A stretch of DNA of 64,000 nucleotides from a virus. Lineage: Duplodnaviria; Caudoviricetes. Shown here piece after piece: positions 1-9,090 of this stretch. The stretch is taken from IMG/VR virus record IMGVR_UViG_3300017791_000194, positions 10,083 to 74,082 of that record; one strand, given 5' to 3'. Position 1 is the first letter of the stretch, and every line of letters starts with the position of its first letter. Both the position numbers and the translations under genes were made by a program. The notes under the pieces were generated by a model that did not search any database, was not told where the DNA came from, and saw only the letters and a list, made by a program, of their open reading frames with translations.

Positions 1-121
1 CAACTTCAGCGTGTCTGCCGCATCGCCGGTGGACTACAGCCACTACGGCTACGACTACCTCGACGACGAGGGAGACGAACTGTACGCCGTTCCAGACGAC
101 TACGAGTACGACTACTAGACC

Positions 122-493
122 ATGCCTGAGCGGTACAACGCGGCGAGCGAGATCGTCCTGCCAATGCAGGACAACGACCCGCTCTACGACGCGCTCGAAC
201 GGTTCGGGCAACTGGGTGATTCGATGGTACTCACGACCCAAGTGACCGGCGCGCCTCCGGGCGCAGCCGTGGTCGGCGGCATGGAGTTCGGCCTCGAACT
301 CGCCCTCGCCGATCCTGCCGCAGCGCGCAAAATCCTCGTCCACATTGACAGCGCCAAGGCCGCGGCACACAGCCGCGAGTCGGCCTTGGCAAATGCCACC
401 GGCCGCACCGAGAAGGTGCAGGCGTTGATCGACGCCACGAATGGCGTCAGCATCAACTACACACCACCCGACACCAAGTTCCGCTGGAACTAG
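122..493 (+). CDS. hypothetical phage protein (123 aa)
   Basis: ATG ORF, GC3-rich codons, first of a tightly packed + strand run. Confidence 0.65.
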   Translation: MPERYNAASEIVLPMQDNDPLYDALERFGQLGDSMVLTTQVTGAPPGAAVVGGMEFGLELALADPAAARKILVHIDSAKAAAHSRESALANATGRTEKVQALIDATNGVSINYTPPDTKFRWN

Positions 494-496
494 GTC

Positions 497-817
497 ATGC
501 TCTTCGTCTTCGCACTCCTGGTGAGTGCAACCCTGCTCGTGGCCCTCGACCTTGTGCTGCTCGCCCAACGCGAGTGGCACAAGGCGAGGGTCCGGGCCGC
601 CTTCCAGTCACGAGTTCGCGCTGAACTCGCACGAGACAGCCGCATCCACGATCGGCTGTACCAGATGCCGCTGCCTGAGGAAGCAGATGACTACCTCACG
701 CAGCTCGAAGCCGCCCAGTTGCGGCTGTACGTGAGTGATCACGTGCATCACGTCAACCCGTACAGCACGAGGACCGGCACGGCTTCGGCTCGGCCGGAAC
801 TGGCACGGTCGCTGTGA
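497..817 (+). CDS. hypothetical protein with N-terminal TM helix
   Basis: Hydrophobic N-terminus; GTGA overlap with next ORF. Confidence 0.65.
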   Translation: MLFVFALLVSATLLVALDLVLLAQREWHKARVRAAFQSRVRAELARDSRIHDRLYQMPLPEEADDYLTQLEAAQLRLYVSDHVHHVNPYSTRTGTASARPELARSL

Positions 818-1071
818 GCGGCTTCCTGCTGCTTCTCAGCCACGGCAACGTGAAAGCCGTGCAGCGCAATCATCCAGATGAGTTCATTGGCGCCCTGCGG
901 GACGTCGAAGCGCTCGTCGCCCGCACGGCGCTGCCATTCAGCGTCGATGAGCAGCGGCGCCTGGCCGCGCTCGCGGTTCTTCAGGCCAAGGGGCTCTTCT
1001 CCGAAGCGCCTCGTCCCACTACCACCAAGCGCAAGAAGCGTAAGGCCATCAAGGAGGCTCTGCCCGTATGA
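814..1071 (+). CDS. hypothetical basic protein
   Basis: GTGA and ATGA overlaps on both sides. Confidence 0.55.
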   Translation: MSGFLLLLSHGNVKAVQRNHPDEFIGALRDVEALVARTALPFSVDEQRRLAALAVLQAKGLFSEAPRPTTTKRKKRKAIKEALPV

Positions 1072-2621
1072 ATCTCGACAAGGCTGGCGCAGCCGCGAAG
1101 AAGCTGGTCGATGTCGTGGAGGTGAAGCGTCACGGCGACGCAATCATTATCCCCGAGTCGCTCACGCTGGAGCGCGCTGACGCCGCGATCCACGCTCGAA
1201 TGCAGTACGAGTCCGAGGTCGTCGCGATCCACGCGCCGATCAAGGCTCCGTTCCCGTTCGAGGGTGCCTTCGCACTCTACGAGATCCTGACCGATCGCTT
1301 CGGCTGGGCCAATGGCGTGCCCACGCCGGGCTTCTTCGGCTCCACGCCACCGGCCATGCTCGCGGTGCCCGTCGGTCCGAACAAGACCGTGCAGGTCCCG
1401 TGGGGCAGGTTCAGCCTGCCGAACGTGGACGGCTACCTGGAGTCGAGCATCGAGCAGGATGACCTCGGTGTCAGCAGCTTCGTGATCTCTGGGCAGGTCA
1501 AGCGGATGCACGAGAAGGTCGTCAACGAGATCGTCGAGGCGGTGCAGGATCGTGTCCGGCACAGCTCGATCTACAAGGGCAAGGCGTTCCGCGTCCGGCT
1601 CTACGACGATCGGGGTCGGCGCATCGAGATGCCCGAGCCCAAGTTCCTCGACCTCAGCAGGCGCATCGAGAGCGAGTTGATCTTGCCCGAGGACACCGAG
1701 GAATCGGTGCGGACGAACATCTTCACGCTGATCGAGCGCACGAGCGAGGTCACCGAGATTGGCATCCCACTCAAGCGCGGCATCCTGCTGGCTGGCCCGT
1801 TCGGCACCGGCAAGACGATGATCGCGCGTGTCACCGCCGAGAAGGCGGTTGACAACGGCTGGACCTACGTCGAAGTCGAGCGCATCGGTGAGTTCGCCGA
1901 AGTGGCGCAGCTCGTGGTTGCGTACGGCGACCAGAAGGCCGGTATCGTCCTGTTCTGCGAGGACATCGACCGGATCATGGCTGGCGACGAGCGACACGAG
2001 GGCATCGACATGGTGCTCAACGTCGTCGATGGCGTCGAGTCCAAGGGCTCGGCCATGATGGTCGTGCTCACGACCAACGATCTGGATGGCATCACCGCAG
2101 CGATGCTGCGGCCAGGCCGTCTCGATGCGGTCATTCCGGTCAATCCGCCTGATGGTCCGGCCGCTGTGCGCCTGGCGCGCCAGTACGGTCGTGGCCTCAT
2201 CGACACGAACGATCCGCTGACTGTGAGCGAGACGCTGCTGGCTGGCAACATCCCGGCGGTCATTCGCGAGGCGGTCGAACGATCGAAGCTGCGCGCCCTG
2301 CGGCTCACGCCGCATGGCGAGAAGCTGGTCGTCACCGACGCGGCGCTGTCGATGGCGATCAAGGAGATGGCGGACCACGTCAAGCTCCTGACGCCTGACG
2401 AGCCGGACCAGCGGTCCGAGGTCGTGAAGGCAGCCGAGATCCTGCGTGAGGCGACCATCGAGGCGAGGGCGCTGGTGCCCTTCCCGATCATCCCCGCACA
2501 CGGTGATGCGAGCTTCGGTGGTGGCATGTTCGTGGCCTCGGAAGGGGCTCGCCCCAACTCGCAGGCCAAGAGTGGCAAGACCGGCAAGCCCAAGGTCAAA
2601 GCCGCAGACGCGGCGAACTAG
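1068..2621 (+). CDS. AAA+ ATPase (classic AAA clade, FtsH/proteasome-ATPase-like core)
   Basis: Walker A GPFGTGKT, Walker B LFCEDID, second region of homology TTNDLDGITAAMLRPGRLD. Confidence 0.9.
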   Translation: MNLDKAGAAAKKLVDVVEVKRHGDAIIIPESLTLERADAAIHARMQYESEVVAIHAPIKAPFPFEGAFALYEILTDRFGWANGVPTPGFFGSTPPAMLAVPVGPNKTVQVPWGRFSLPNVDGYLESSIEQDDLGVSSFVISGQVKRMHEKVVNEIVEAVQDRVRHSSIYKGKAFRVRLYDDRGRRIEMPEPKFLDLSRRIESELILPEDTEESVRTNIFTLIERTSEVTEIGIPLKRGILLAGPFGTGKTMIARVTAEKAVDNGWTYVEVERIGEFAEVAQLVVAYGDQKAGIVLFCEDIDRIMAGDERHEGIDMVLNVVDGVESKGSAMMVVLTTNDLDGITAAMLRPGRLDAVIPVNPPDGPAAVRLARQYGRGLIDTNDPLTVSETLLAGNIPAVIREAVERSKLRALRLTPHGEKLVVTDAALSMAIKEMADHVKLLTPDEPDQRSEVVKAAEILREATIEARALVPFPIIPAHGDASFGGGMFVASEGARPNSQAKSGKTGKPKVKAADAAN

Positions 2622-2627
2622 CGCAAC

Positions 2628-2700
2628 GATCACCCGCATCGTGCGGGTGATGCGCAGGTGGTGGTGGGCCCGCACGGGACGTGAATGCGTCCTGTGCGGG
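2628..2700 (+). terminator. two tandem hairpins after the ATPase stop
   Basis: atcacccgca-tcg-tgcgggtgat and cccgcacgggacg-tgaatg-cgtcctgtgcggg; no U-tract. Confidence 0.4.
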
Positions 2701-2795
2701 TTCGCACACCCACACCCGGAGGTACGACATGAGTTTCCGTACTGGAGTCATCGCGTGGGCTGGCGCATAGGCTCGGCCCAAACTGGCAAATCCCC

Positions 2796-3389
2796 ATGAA
2801 CGTCACCGTCCACACGAGCAGTTACTACTGCGAGGGCGGTGGTCACGCGGGCAACAAACTCGCCACAGACGATAACCCCGTCATTCGGATCAGCACCGAC
2901 GTCGCCGACACATTTCGCTGTGCGCGCTGTCTGCTCGACGCCGTCAACAAGCCCGCGACCACCGCGAGTGAAGGCATAACCATCAACTGTCGTGAGTGCG
3001 GCGGCGAGATCGACTCAGACAACGCCTTCTGTGACGCGCAATGTGCGCTCATGGCTGGCTTCGACGGTGGCCACGAGTGCGAGGGCAGTTGCTCAAACTG
3101 TGGTGACACCGCGTCCTACTGTTCGGCTGGCTGCGCTATCGCAGATGGCGGATCAAACGAATGCGCGAACTGCACGGAGGCCGCGGCGTATTGCTCGGCC
3201 GACTGCGCTATCGCCTGCGGCGACACGCTGCACTGTGCAACGTGCGGCAAGAATCGCAACGCCACAACCGAGTGCCCGGACTGTCGACACAAAGATGACG
3301 CCCCGGTCGCGCTCGCAGCCGCGAGCAGCACCACCGCCGTCAACGATGACGGTTCCATCGTCGTCGATGGTCTGACCATCCAGTTCTAG
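2796..3389 (+). CDS. Cys-rich multi-zinc-finger protein
   Basis: Many CxxC; three repeats of (F/Y)Cx3CA(I/L)xxG. Confidence 0.7.
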   Translation: MNVTVHTSSYYCEGGGHAGNKLATDDNPVIRISTDVADTFRCARCLLDAVNKPATTASEGITINCRECGGEIDSDNAFCDAQCALMAGFDGGHECEGSCSNCGDTASYCSAGCAIADGGSNECANCTEAAAYCSADCAIACGDTLHCATCGKNRNATTECPDCRHKDDAPVALAAASSTTAVNDDGSIVVDGLTIQF

Positions 3390-3404
3390 CAAGGAGGATC
3401 TGCA

Positions 3405-4388
3405 ATGAGCAGCCTGTCCGGTCGAACCTACTCGTTCGGCACCAAGCATCCACAGGATTTCGTGGACGATCTGTACCGCGAATACTTCGACCTGCACCCC
3501 GAGGGCAGCATCGTCGACGTCGCAGTCGCGGTGTCGATCGACTACGACACAGCCATTGAGACGAAGTCCATGACCGTCGTGGACACCCGCATCATGCGCG
3601 TCACCAACCCCGACTTCGATGATGTCGAGGTCCTCACGTCCGCACAGCACCGCTACCTGGCAGTCGTGAGCGACGGGCCGATGGACCTGCTCAAGGAGAT
3701 GCTGCGCTGGGCCAAGGCCACCGGCGATGCGCTCGTCTGGATTCGCAAGACCCCCGAGGGTTACGCGACGCCGACCGAGCAGGCGGAAGTGTGGCACGAG
3801 GCACTTCAGGCGATCGACTTCGCCGCAGGTGACGCCGAGCACAAGAACTACGTCATGGCCGCGATCGTGAACCGCAAGGTCAGCCGACCGCTGGCGCAAC
3901 ATTGGATGCCAGCGCCGGACACGGGCGATCCAGAGATCGACCTCGCGATCATCAAGCGGCTCGTGACGCGCCCCGCCGTGAAGCACGGCTGGGGCGAAGA
4001 TCATCCGTTCGTGATCGCGAGCCGCGAGCATCTCGCCGCGTTCGCGAAGGTCATCGGCCACGAGGACGAACACGGCACCCCTGAGCATGAGGCGGCACAT
4101 CTGGAGATCGAGCGCACCTCGCGGATCATGGGCCGCCTCCTCTCCGAGGCGGTTCTCGCTGATCCAACCGAGTCCGCGGATGCCAAGCAAGCTGCCAAAC
4201 TCACGCTGGCGATGATCGCCATGACCGACGCGATCAAGAGCAAGGGCCAGCTCGGGTTCCAGGCGCCTGACGCGCCGCCCGCACGGCTCTCGGACATCAT
4301 GGGCCTGCCGCAGTTCGGCGTGCCTGCGTCCGACAACACCGAACCGAAGATCGGGTTTCGACCGCCGAAGCCTGACCTTCTCAACTAG
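3405..4388 (+). CDS. hypothetical protein (327 aa)
   Basis: Strong SD aaggagg before ATG; GC3-rich codons. Confidence 0.8.
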   Translation: MSSLSGRTYSFGTKHPQDFVDDLYREYFDLHPEGSIVDVAVAVSIDYDTAIETKSMTVVDTRIMRVTNPDFDDVEVLTSAQHRYLAVVSDGPMDLLKEMLRWAKATGDALVWIRKTPEGYATPTEQAEVWHEALQAIDFAAGDAEHKNYVMAAIVNRKVSRPLAQHWMPAPDTGDPEIDLAIIKRLVTRPAVKHGWGEDHPFVIASREHLAAFAKVIGHEDEHGTPEHEAAHLEIERTSRIMGRLLSEAVLADPTESADAKQAAKLTLAMIAMTDAIKSKGQLGFQAPDAPPARLSDIMGLPQFGVPASDNTEPKIGFRPPKPDLLN

Positions 4389-4406
4389 CACACGCGCGCA
4401 CGTCAC

Positions 4407-4817
4407 ATGACTGCGAGCGAGGCTCGGGCGGAGTTGTCAATCGCTCCGCCCGAGCGTATATGTGGCCTGTGCCGCAGGCGCTTCACGAACGAGACGAGTC
4501 ATGTGGCAACGGACGTGCATCTGGAGGCGATGGCCGACCAGAGCGTTCGTGAGTGGCTCGCGCTCCCAGACTTCGATCCAGTCGCTGTGGCGTTCACCAA
4601 GCAGTTCGCGCGCATGGAGTTCTATGCGGGCCAGCTCGACAAGTGGTGTCAGGCGATGGATCTACCCGATGATGCGGAGACGCTCTTGGTGGCTCGCCGG
4701 ATCAGCTGGTGCTGGGTCAAAGCGATCGGCACCGAGGCGTTCGAGCGACGGATGGCCTACGCCCGCAAGGTGATCGAACTTGAGATCACAGGTGAGGACC
4801 ATGCCTCGTCCCGGTAA
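4407..4817 (+). CDS. hypothetical protein with CxxC
   Basis: ORF in packed operon. Confidence 0.6.
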   Translation: MTASEARAELSIAPPERICGLCRRRFTNETSHVATDVHLEAMADQSVREWLALPDFDPVAVAFTKQFARMEFYAGQLDKWCQAMDLPDDAETLLVARRISWCWVKAIGTEAFERRMAYARKVIELEITGEDHASSR

Positions 4818-5460
4818 AGACGAGAAGATCACGTTCCAGGCACGTGCGTCGTACTGGGGCGGCTATCAGCGCCAGGACGAGCACTCCATCAGCCCGAGTC
4901 ACATGGTCGCGCTCGGCCGAAAGAAGTTCGGCCTCATCACCACCAAGAACATCAACTGGTACGGCGCGGGCCGGACTCCGAACTTCGAGGTGGCGAGGCG
5001 CAAGACCTGCGCGATCGTGCAACGTACCGGCTGGTACAGCGGCACGGGCTACTGCTCGAACAGCCACGAAGTACCCGCCATCGACGTCTACAACTACTGC
5101 GTCGGCAGCCTCGGCATGATCGAGAAGACCGGCGTGACCGAGAAGATCGTCGAGAAGATCGTCGAGAAGATCCGCACGGTCGAGAAGATCGTCGAGGTCA
5201 AGATCGAACGTGGCTACCACGGCACTTTCGAGAAACGCGAGGTGCTGTCGTTCGCGTTGACGCGTGAACTGCGGGGCACAGAACGTGCCCTGCGCCAGGC
5301 ATACATCGACAACGACGCAGATGCATCGCTCCGGCTCGCGGCACGGATGGACGTGATCCGTGAGGTGATGAGCGATCTCACCGTCGATGTCGTCGAGGGC
5401 GCGCCACAAGTCGTGGTCGCCCGCTCACCCATGGAAAGGGGGCTCTTTGATGCCGTGTGA
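4801..5460 (+). CDS. hypothetical protein with VEKI tandem repeats
   Basis: gagg SD before ATG 4801; gagaagatcgtc 12-bp repeats at ~5139-5200. Confidence 0.7.
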   Translation: MPRPGKDEKITFQARASYWGGYQRQDEHSISPSHMVALGRKKFGLITTKNINWYGAGRTPNFEVARRKTCAIVQRTGWYSGTGYCSNSHEVPAIDVYNYCVGSLGMIEKTGVTEKIVEKIVEKIRTVEKIVEVKIERGYHGTFEKREVLSFALTRELRGTERALRQAYIDNDADASLRLAARMDVIREVMSDLTVDVVEGAPQVVVARSPMERGLFDAV

Positions 5461-5755
5461 CAACATGGTGATCTACCGCGAAGCGATGCGGCGGGTGGAT
5501 CGCCCGATCCTCGCTGAGCGTGGGCTCAGCGAGACGCAGATCAACGATCTGGAGGCGCGCGTGGAACTCGCGCGAGAGAAGGCCAAGGCTGCGGCCTTTG
5601 GCTCAGGTGAGACGCTGGAGAGCCAGCGCAAGAAGATCGAGGCGGCGGTCGAGAAGGCCGTCGACGAGTGGCACCGTGACATCCACGCTGAACTCGCTCA
5701 CGACATGGACACGATCCGGTTCTTGGGCAAGGTTCGCGCCCAGGTGAAGGCGTGA
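5450..5755 (+). CDS. hypothetical coiled-coil protein
   Basis: ATG 5450 after ggggg; GTGA overlap with next ORF. Confidence 0.65.
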   Translation: MPCDNMVIYREAMRRVDRPILAERGLSETQINDLEARVELAREKAKAAAFGSGETLESQRKKIEAAVEKAVDEWHRDIHAELAHDMDTIRFLGKVRAQVKA

Positions 5756-6093
5756 GCGCGGAGTGGCGGCACGTCTCAACCGACCGGCTTGGTGATCTGC
5801 ACGGCCTGTGGTGCGACATCGACGCTCAGCCGTGGCCCTGCGACGCCGAGCAGATGCGGGTCGAGCGTGACGCTGCCATCCGACGTGCTGCTGACGTGGG
5901 CGAGGCGTTCGACGCGGCGGCAGACGTGGCCGAGCACTTCATCCGCAAGTACGGACTCACGAACACGTCCGGCGATAGGCACGTCACTCGCCGGAACGCC
6001 CGGAACTCCACGCTCAACGTGATTGCCTTGGCCCGCGCCGCCCTCCGTTCCCAAGAGAGCCAGAAGCCGCCAGAGACGGAGGAGCGGACGTGA
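5752..6093 (+). CDS. hypothetical protein
   Basis: GTGA overlaps. Confidence 0.55.
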   Translation: MSAEWRHVSTDRLGDLHGLWCDIDAQPWPCDAEQMRVERDAAIRRAADVGEAFDAAADVAEHFIRKYGLTNTSGDRHVTRRNARNSTLNVIALARAALRSQESQKPPETEERT

Positions 6094-6249
6094 ACGAGCG
6101 TATTCACAGGGCGCGCAGTCAATTGCTGCACCGTCGCGCCCGGTTCCTGACGTGGTGGGCATCGTTCACCCACGTCCCGCATCCTCGGTCTGTGTGGTGC
6201 GGCAACCAGCGTTGCCCCTATGCGGTGGAAGTCCGATGACTACCGACGT

Positions 6250-6771
6250 ATGAATGCCTCCCGTGACACGGAGATCGAGCGGATCGCGGCGGTGCTGTTC
6301 GATCTGTACGCGAGTCCGGGCCGGAAGGCATATCCGACTGGCGACGACCTTCGCTCAGAAGCCGCCGCCCTCTACGACGCCGGACTCCGAGCCTCCCAGC
6401 CCGCAAGCGAACCAACGACATGGGCTGCGCCCACGTCGGCACCCTCGCTGGAACCGACCATCACGATCCCGGTGTCGAAACTCGACGCGCTGGTGGCCGA
6501 AGTTGCATCCCGCGAACCCTCGCTGGATGTGGAGCGGCTGGCGCGGGCGATGCGGTGGGGGACACGAGGTACGCGGGTTCACGTCGGTATCGACGAGGCG
6601 CGCGCACTCGCTCCTGAGATCGCCGCCGAATACCAGCGCCTCTCCCAGCCCGCCGACAACGAGCATTCACACAGTGATCCTGACGGGACGAACAAGTCCA
6701 CTCACGCACATGCTGGCGGCGAGACGGAGCACAGCCACGGCGGCGAGACACTCAAGTACGACCATGGATAG
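6250..6771 (+). CDS. hypothetical protein with His-rich C-terminus
   Basis: ORF; start uncertain (6220 or 6250). Confidence 0.5.
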   Translation: MNASRDTEIERIAAVLFDLYASPGRKAYPTGDDLRSEAAALYDAGLRASQPASEPTTWAAPTSAPSLEPTITIPVSKLDALVAEVASREPSLDVERLARAMRWGTRGTRVHVGIDEARALAPEIAAEYQRLSQPADNEHSHSDPDGTNKSTHAHAGGETEHSHGGETLKYDHG

Positions 6772-7027
6772 CCCGAGGATCATCCGCATCCGTTACCGGA
6801 GCGGCGTGAATGGCAGGGTGGCGACGGCGTTCTGCAAGGTGCCCTACGGGCAGCTGTACGACCTGACCGAGAAGCTCGCGAGGCTGTTCAGCCAGCAGCA
6901 GATCAAGTGGTACCGGATCGACCCAGCCACGCCCGTCGAGATTGAACGTGAGCGTGACAAGCTCGTGCGCTGGCCGGTGGCTCTCGCCGAGACGTGCTCA
7001 ATCACGAAGATCAACCTGGAGGTGTGA
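6764..7027 (+). CDS. hypothetical protein
   Basis: ATG 6764 overlaps the previous stop; C-terminal part of the 6254-7027 ORF. Confidence 0.6.
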   Translation: MDSPRIIRIRYRSGVNGRVATAFCKVPYGQLYDLTEKLARLFSQQQIKWYRIDPATPVEIERERDKLVRWPVALAETCSITKINLEV

Positions 7028-7028
7028 A

Positions 7029-7400
7029 ATGGGCATGTACGACGACATCGTCGTCAAAGTCCCGCTGCCCGATGGCGAGACGATCAACGAGTTCCAGACC
7101 AAGAGCCTCGACTGCTTCCTCGAAGACTACGAGATCCGTGAGGACGGAACACTGTGGCATGAGGAATACGACGTCGAGGATCAAAGCGACCCGACGGCCA
7201 CCGGGCTGTCTCGATTTGCCGGGATCGCAACCCGCGTGAACAAGCGCTGGGTGCAGGTCACCGACTTCACTGGCGAGATCGAGTTCCATGGCTGGGACGC
7301 CGACGCAAAGGTCGCCTACCGGTACTCGACGTACTTTGTCGATGGGCAACTGCAAGTAGGGCCGATACGGATGCTTGACAAACGTCAGACAACCGACTAA
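7029..7400 (+). CDS. hypothetical phage protein (MGMYDD... N-terminus)
   Basis: ggagg SD; ATG 7029. Confidence 0.7.
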   Translation: MGMYDDIVVKVPLPDGETINEFQTKSLDCFLEDYEIREDGTLWHEEYDVEDQSDPTATGLSRFAGIATRVNKRWVQVTDFTGEIEFHGWDADAKVAYRYSTYFVDGQLQVGPIRMLDKRQTTD

Positions 7401-8022
7401 GGTTCTCAACACATTGATGGATCAAGGAGGTAGCGCCCTGAGCGCCCACACAAGAATCCGCGCCCGAGCCGATGGCACTCCCGTGATCACACGGGACCCG
7501 GACGACGCAGATACCAAACCACAGGTCATTCTCCAGATCGGAGCCATTCGGCTCGACGTGCTCTCGACGCAGACGATCACGTGTGCGTCACGTGTACCAG
7601 AGACCTTGGCTCGTCTGGGATTGGCAAACGAGGCGCAAGAGGTGTTCTGGGTGATCACCTATGACGCCGAGATGAAAGTCCGAACGATCATCGAGATCGC
7701 ACGGGGGACGTATGCAGGCGTGATGGTCAATCTGCCCGCATTGTTCAGCGCGATCTTGGCGTCGGGCTGCGACCGGTTTATGGTCGCGCACAACCACCCG
7801 TCTGATAACCCGCGCCCGACCACGACCGATCAGAAGTTGACGGCGGCGATCATGGATCAGGCGAACGCACTGGGCTTGTACTTCGAGAATCACTTCATCG
7901 TGACTCCCTCGGGCAAGTCCACTGACTTCGTGGCGGCGGGTTTGATGAACCCGGCGCCGTATCACGCTGAGGGCCGCTCTGCTGCGGCCGCATCACACGA
8001 GGAGGACGTATGTCCAGACTGA
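7375..8022 (+). CDS. radC: RadC-like JAB domain protein
   Basis: E...HNHPSDNPRPTTTD JAB motif and a NHFIV equivalent of DH(I/V)I; start uncertain (an AAGGAGGT SD precedes an in-frame CTG at 7438). Confidence 0.8.
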   Translation: MTNVRQPTKVLNTLMDQGGSALSAHTRIRARADGTPVITRDPDDADTKPQVILQIGAIRLDVLSTQTITCASRVPETLARLGLANEAQEVFWVITYDAEMKVRTIIEIARGTYAGVMVNLPALFSAILASGCDRFMVAHNHPSDNPRPTTTDQKLTAAIMDQANALGLYFENHFIVTPSGKSTDFVAAGLMNPAPYHAEGRSAAAASHEEDVCPD

Positions 8023-8939
8023 GCCGCACAGACGCGGCCAAGAGCACCATCGCCGTCTGGCGATGGCTGCACACACTGCCCGGCGCACCGATCGTGGAGG
8101 GCAACACGACCGTGTTGCTCCAGGCCCTGCCTATCGAGGTAGGGCACGTGTCGCGCGCGTCCACCACGGGCATGGATGAGCGCATGAAATTGATGGAGAC
8201 GCTCGGGCTTCTCAGCCGCAAGGCGCACTATGACCCCCGGACCAACGATCAGGGCGAAAGCCTGTGGCCAACCCGAGGCACCACGAATACGCTCAAGATG
8301 AGCGCTGACGAGGGCGCCAAGCTCATCGCCAAGCACTTTGCCAATGGCGGCTACATGAAGGTGAGCGCCATCGGCAACAAGAAGGTGCTCAGCCGGGATG
8401 TACCTGAGAAGCCGGTCTACGACGTCGAGCGCGTCGCCGTCCGCACCAACGACAAGGACGAGCCCGTCGAGGCAGTCGTGGGTGAGGATGCTCCGACCCT
8501 CGGTGAGGCGCTTGCCACACCTGAGTTGCGCGCCCAGTTCCGTGAGATGCGCAAGGATGAGCCTGCCGCCTTCGTTGAGGCCGCTCGTCAGTACGAGAAC
8601 CGCAACGAGTTCGTCATCGCCAAGCTCAAGGAGATCGAGGCGATGGGCGTCGTGATCGACCGCGAGAAGGTGCTCAAGGGCGTCCATCTCCAGCGAGACG
8701 ACGAACTGGAGGGTGTGGTCAAGGTCCTGCCCTACATCGCGGAACTGGAGCAGCGGCTCAAGCAGGCCGAAGGCTGGCGCGAGGACATGCTCGCCGCCCA
8801 ACGCGAGACTCGCACCCTGCGTGACGAGAAGCGCAAGGCCGAGGCCGAAGTCGCCCGTCAGAAGGAGGCGAACACGCGCCTGGCCGAGAAGATGGCTCGT
8901 GAGACCGTCTCACGGCCGCAGGTGCTCGTGGGCAACTGA
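8010..8939 (+). CDS. hypothetical protein with C-terminal coiled coil
   Basis: gaggagg SD; long ORF. Confidence 0.8.
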   Translation: MSRLSRTDAAKSTIAVWRWLHTLPGAPIVEGNTTVLLQALPIEVGHVSRASTTGMDERMKLMETLGLLSRKAHYDPRTNDQGESLWPTRGTTNTLKMSADEGAKLIAKHFANGGYMKVSAIGNKKVLSRDVPEKPVYDVERVAVRTNDKDEPVEAVVGEDAPTLGEALATPELRAQFREMRKDEPAAFVEAARQYENRNEFVIAKLKEIEAMGVVIDREKVLKGVHLQRDDELEGVVKVLPYIAELEQRLKQAEGWREDMLAAQRETRTLRDEKRKAEAEVARQKEANTRLAEKMARETVSRPQVLVGN

Positions 8940-8956
8940 CTGACTCGATTGAGAAT

Positions 8957-9066
8957 GAGGCTGCGGCGATGATGCCGCAGCCTCCCATGCCACGCCTTGC
9001 CAAGCCAAGGCACGCCGAGCCAAACCATGCCGAGCCACGGCTAGCCATGCCTAGCCACGCCACGGC
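8957..9066 (-). ncRNA. GGY-NN array 1 (16 units) plus 3' hairpin; putative guide RNA
   Basis: Perfect 5-nt register 8985-9066; hairpin gaggctgcggc/gccgcagcctc 8957-8984; TACGCT on - strand at 9071-9076. Confidence 0.8.
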
Positions 9067-9090
9067 CTACAGCGTACAAGGAGACGTGCA

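Noticed and set aside
981-2675. Long antisense ORFs (also 12835-14400, 35918-37492, 59374-60654)
   Set aside because: Shadow frames of GC3-rich genes on the opposite strand
5139-5200. 12-bp gagaagatcgtc repeats
   Set aside because: An ordinary coding VEKI repeat
8985-9066. Classical CRISPR array
   Set aside because: No 25-40-nt direct repeats with unique spacers anywhere; the periodicity is 5 nt
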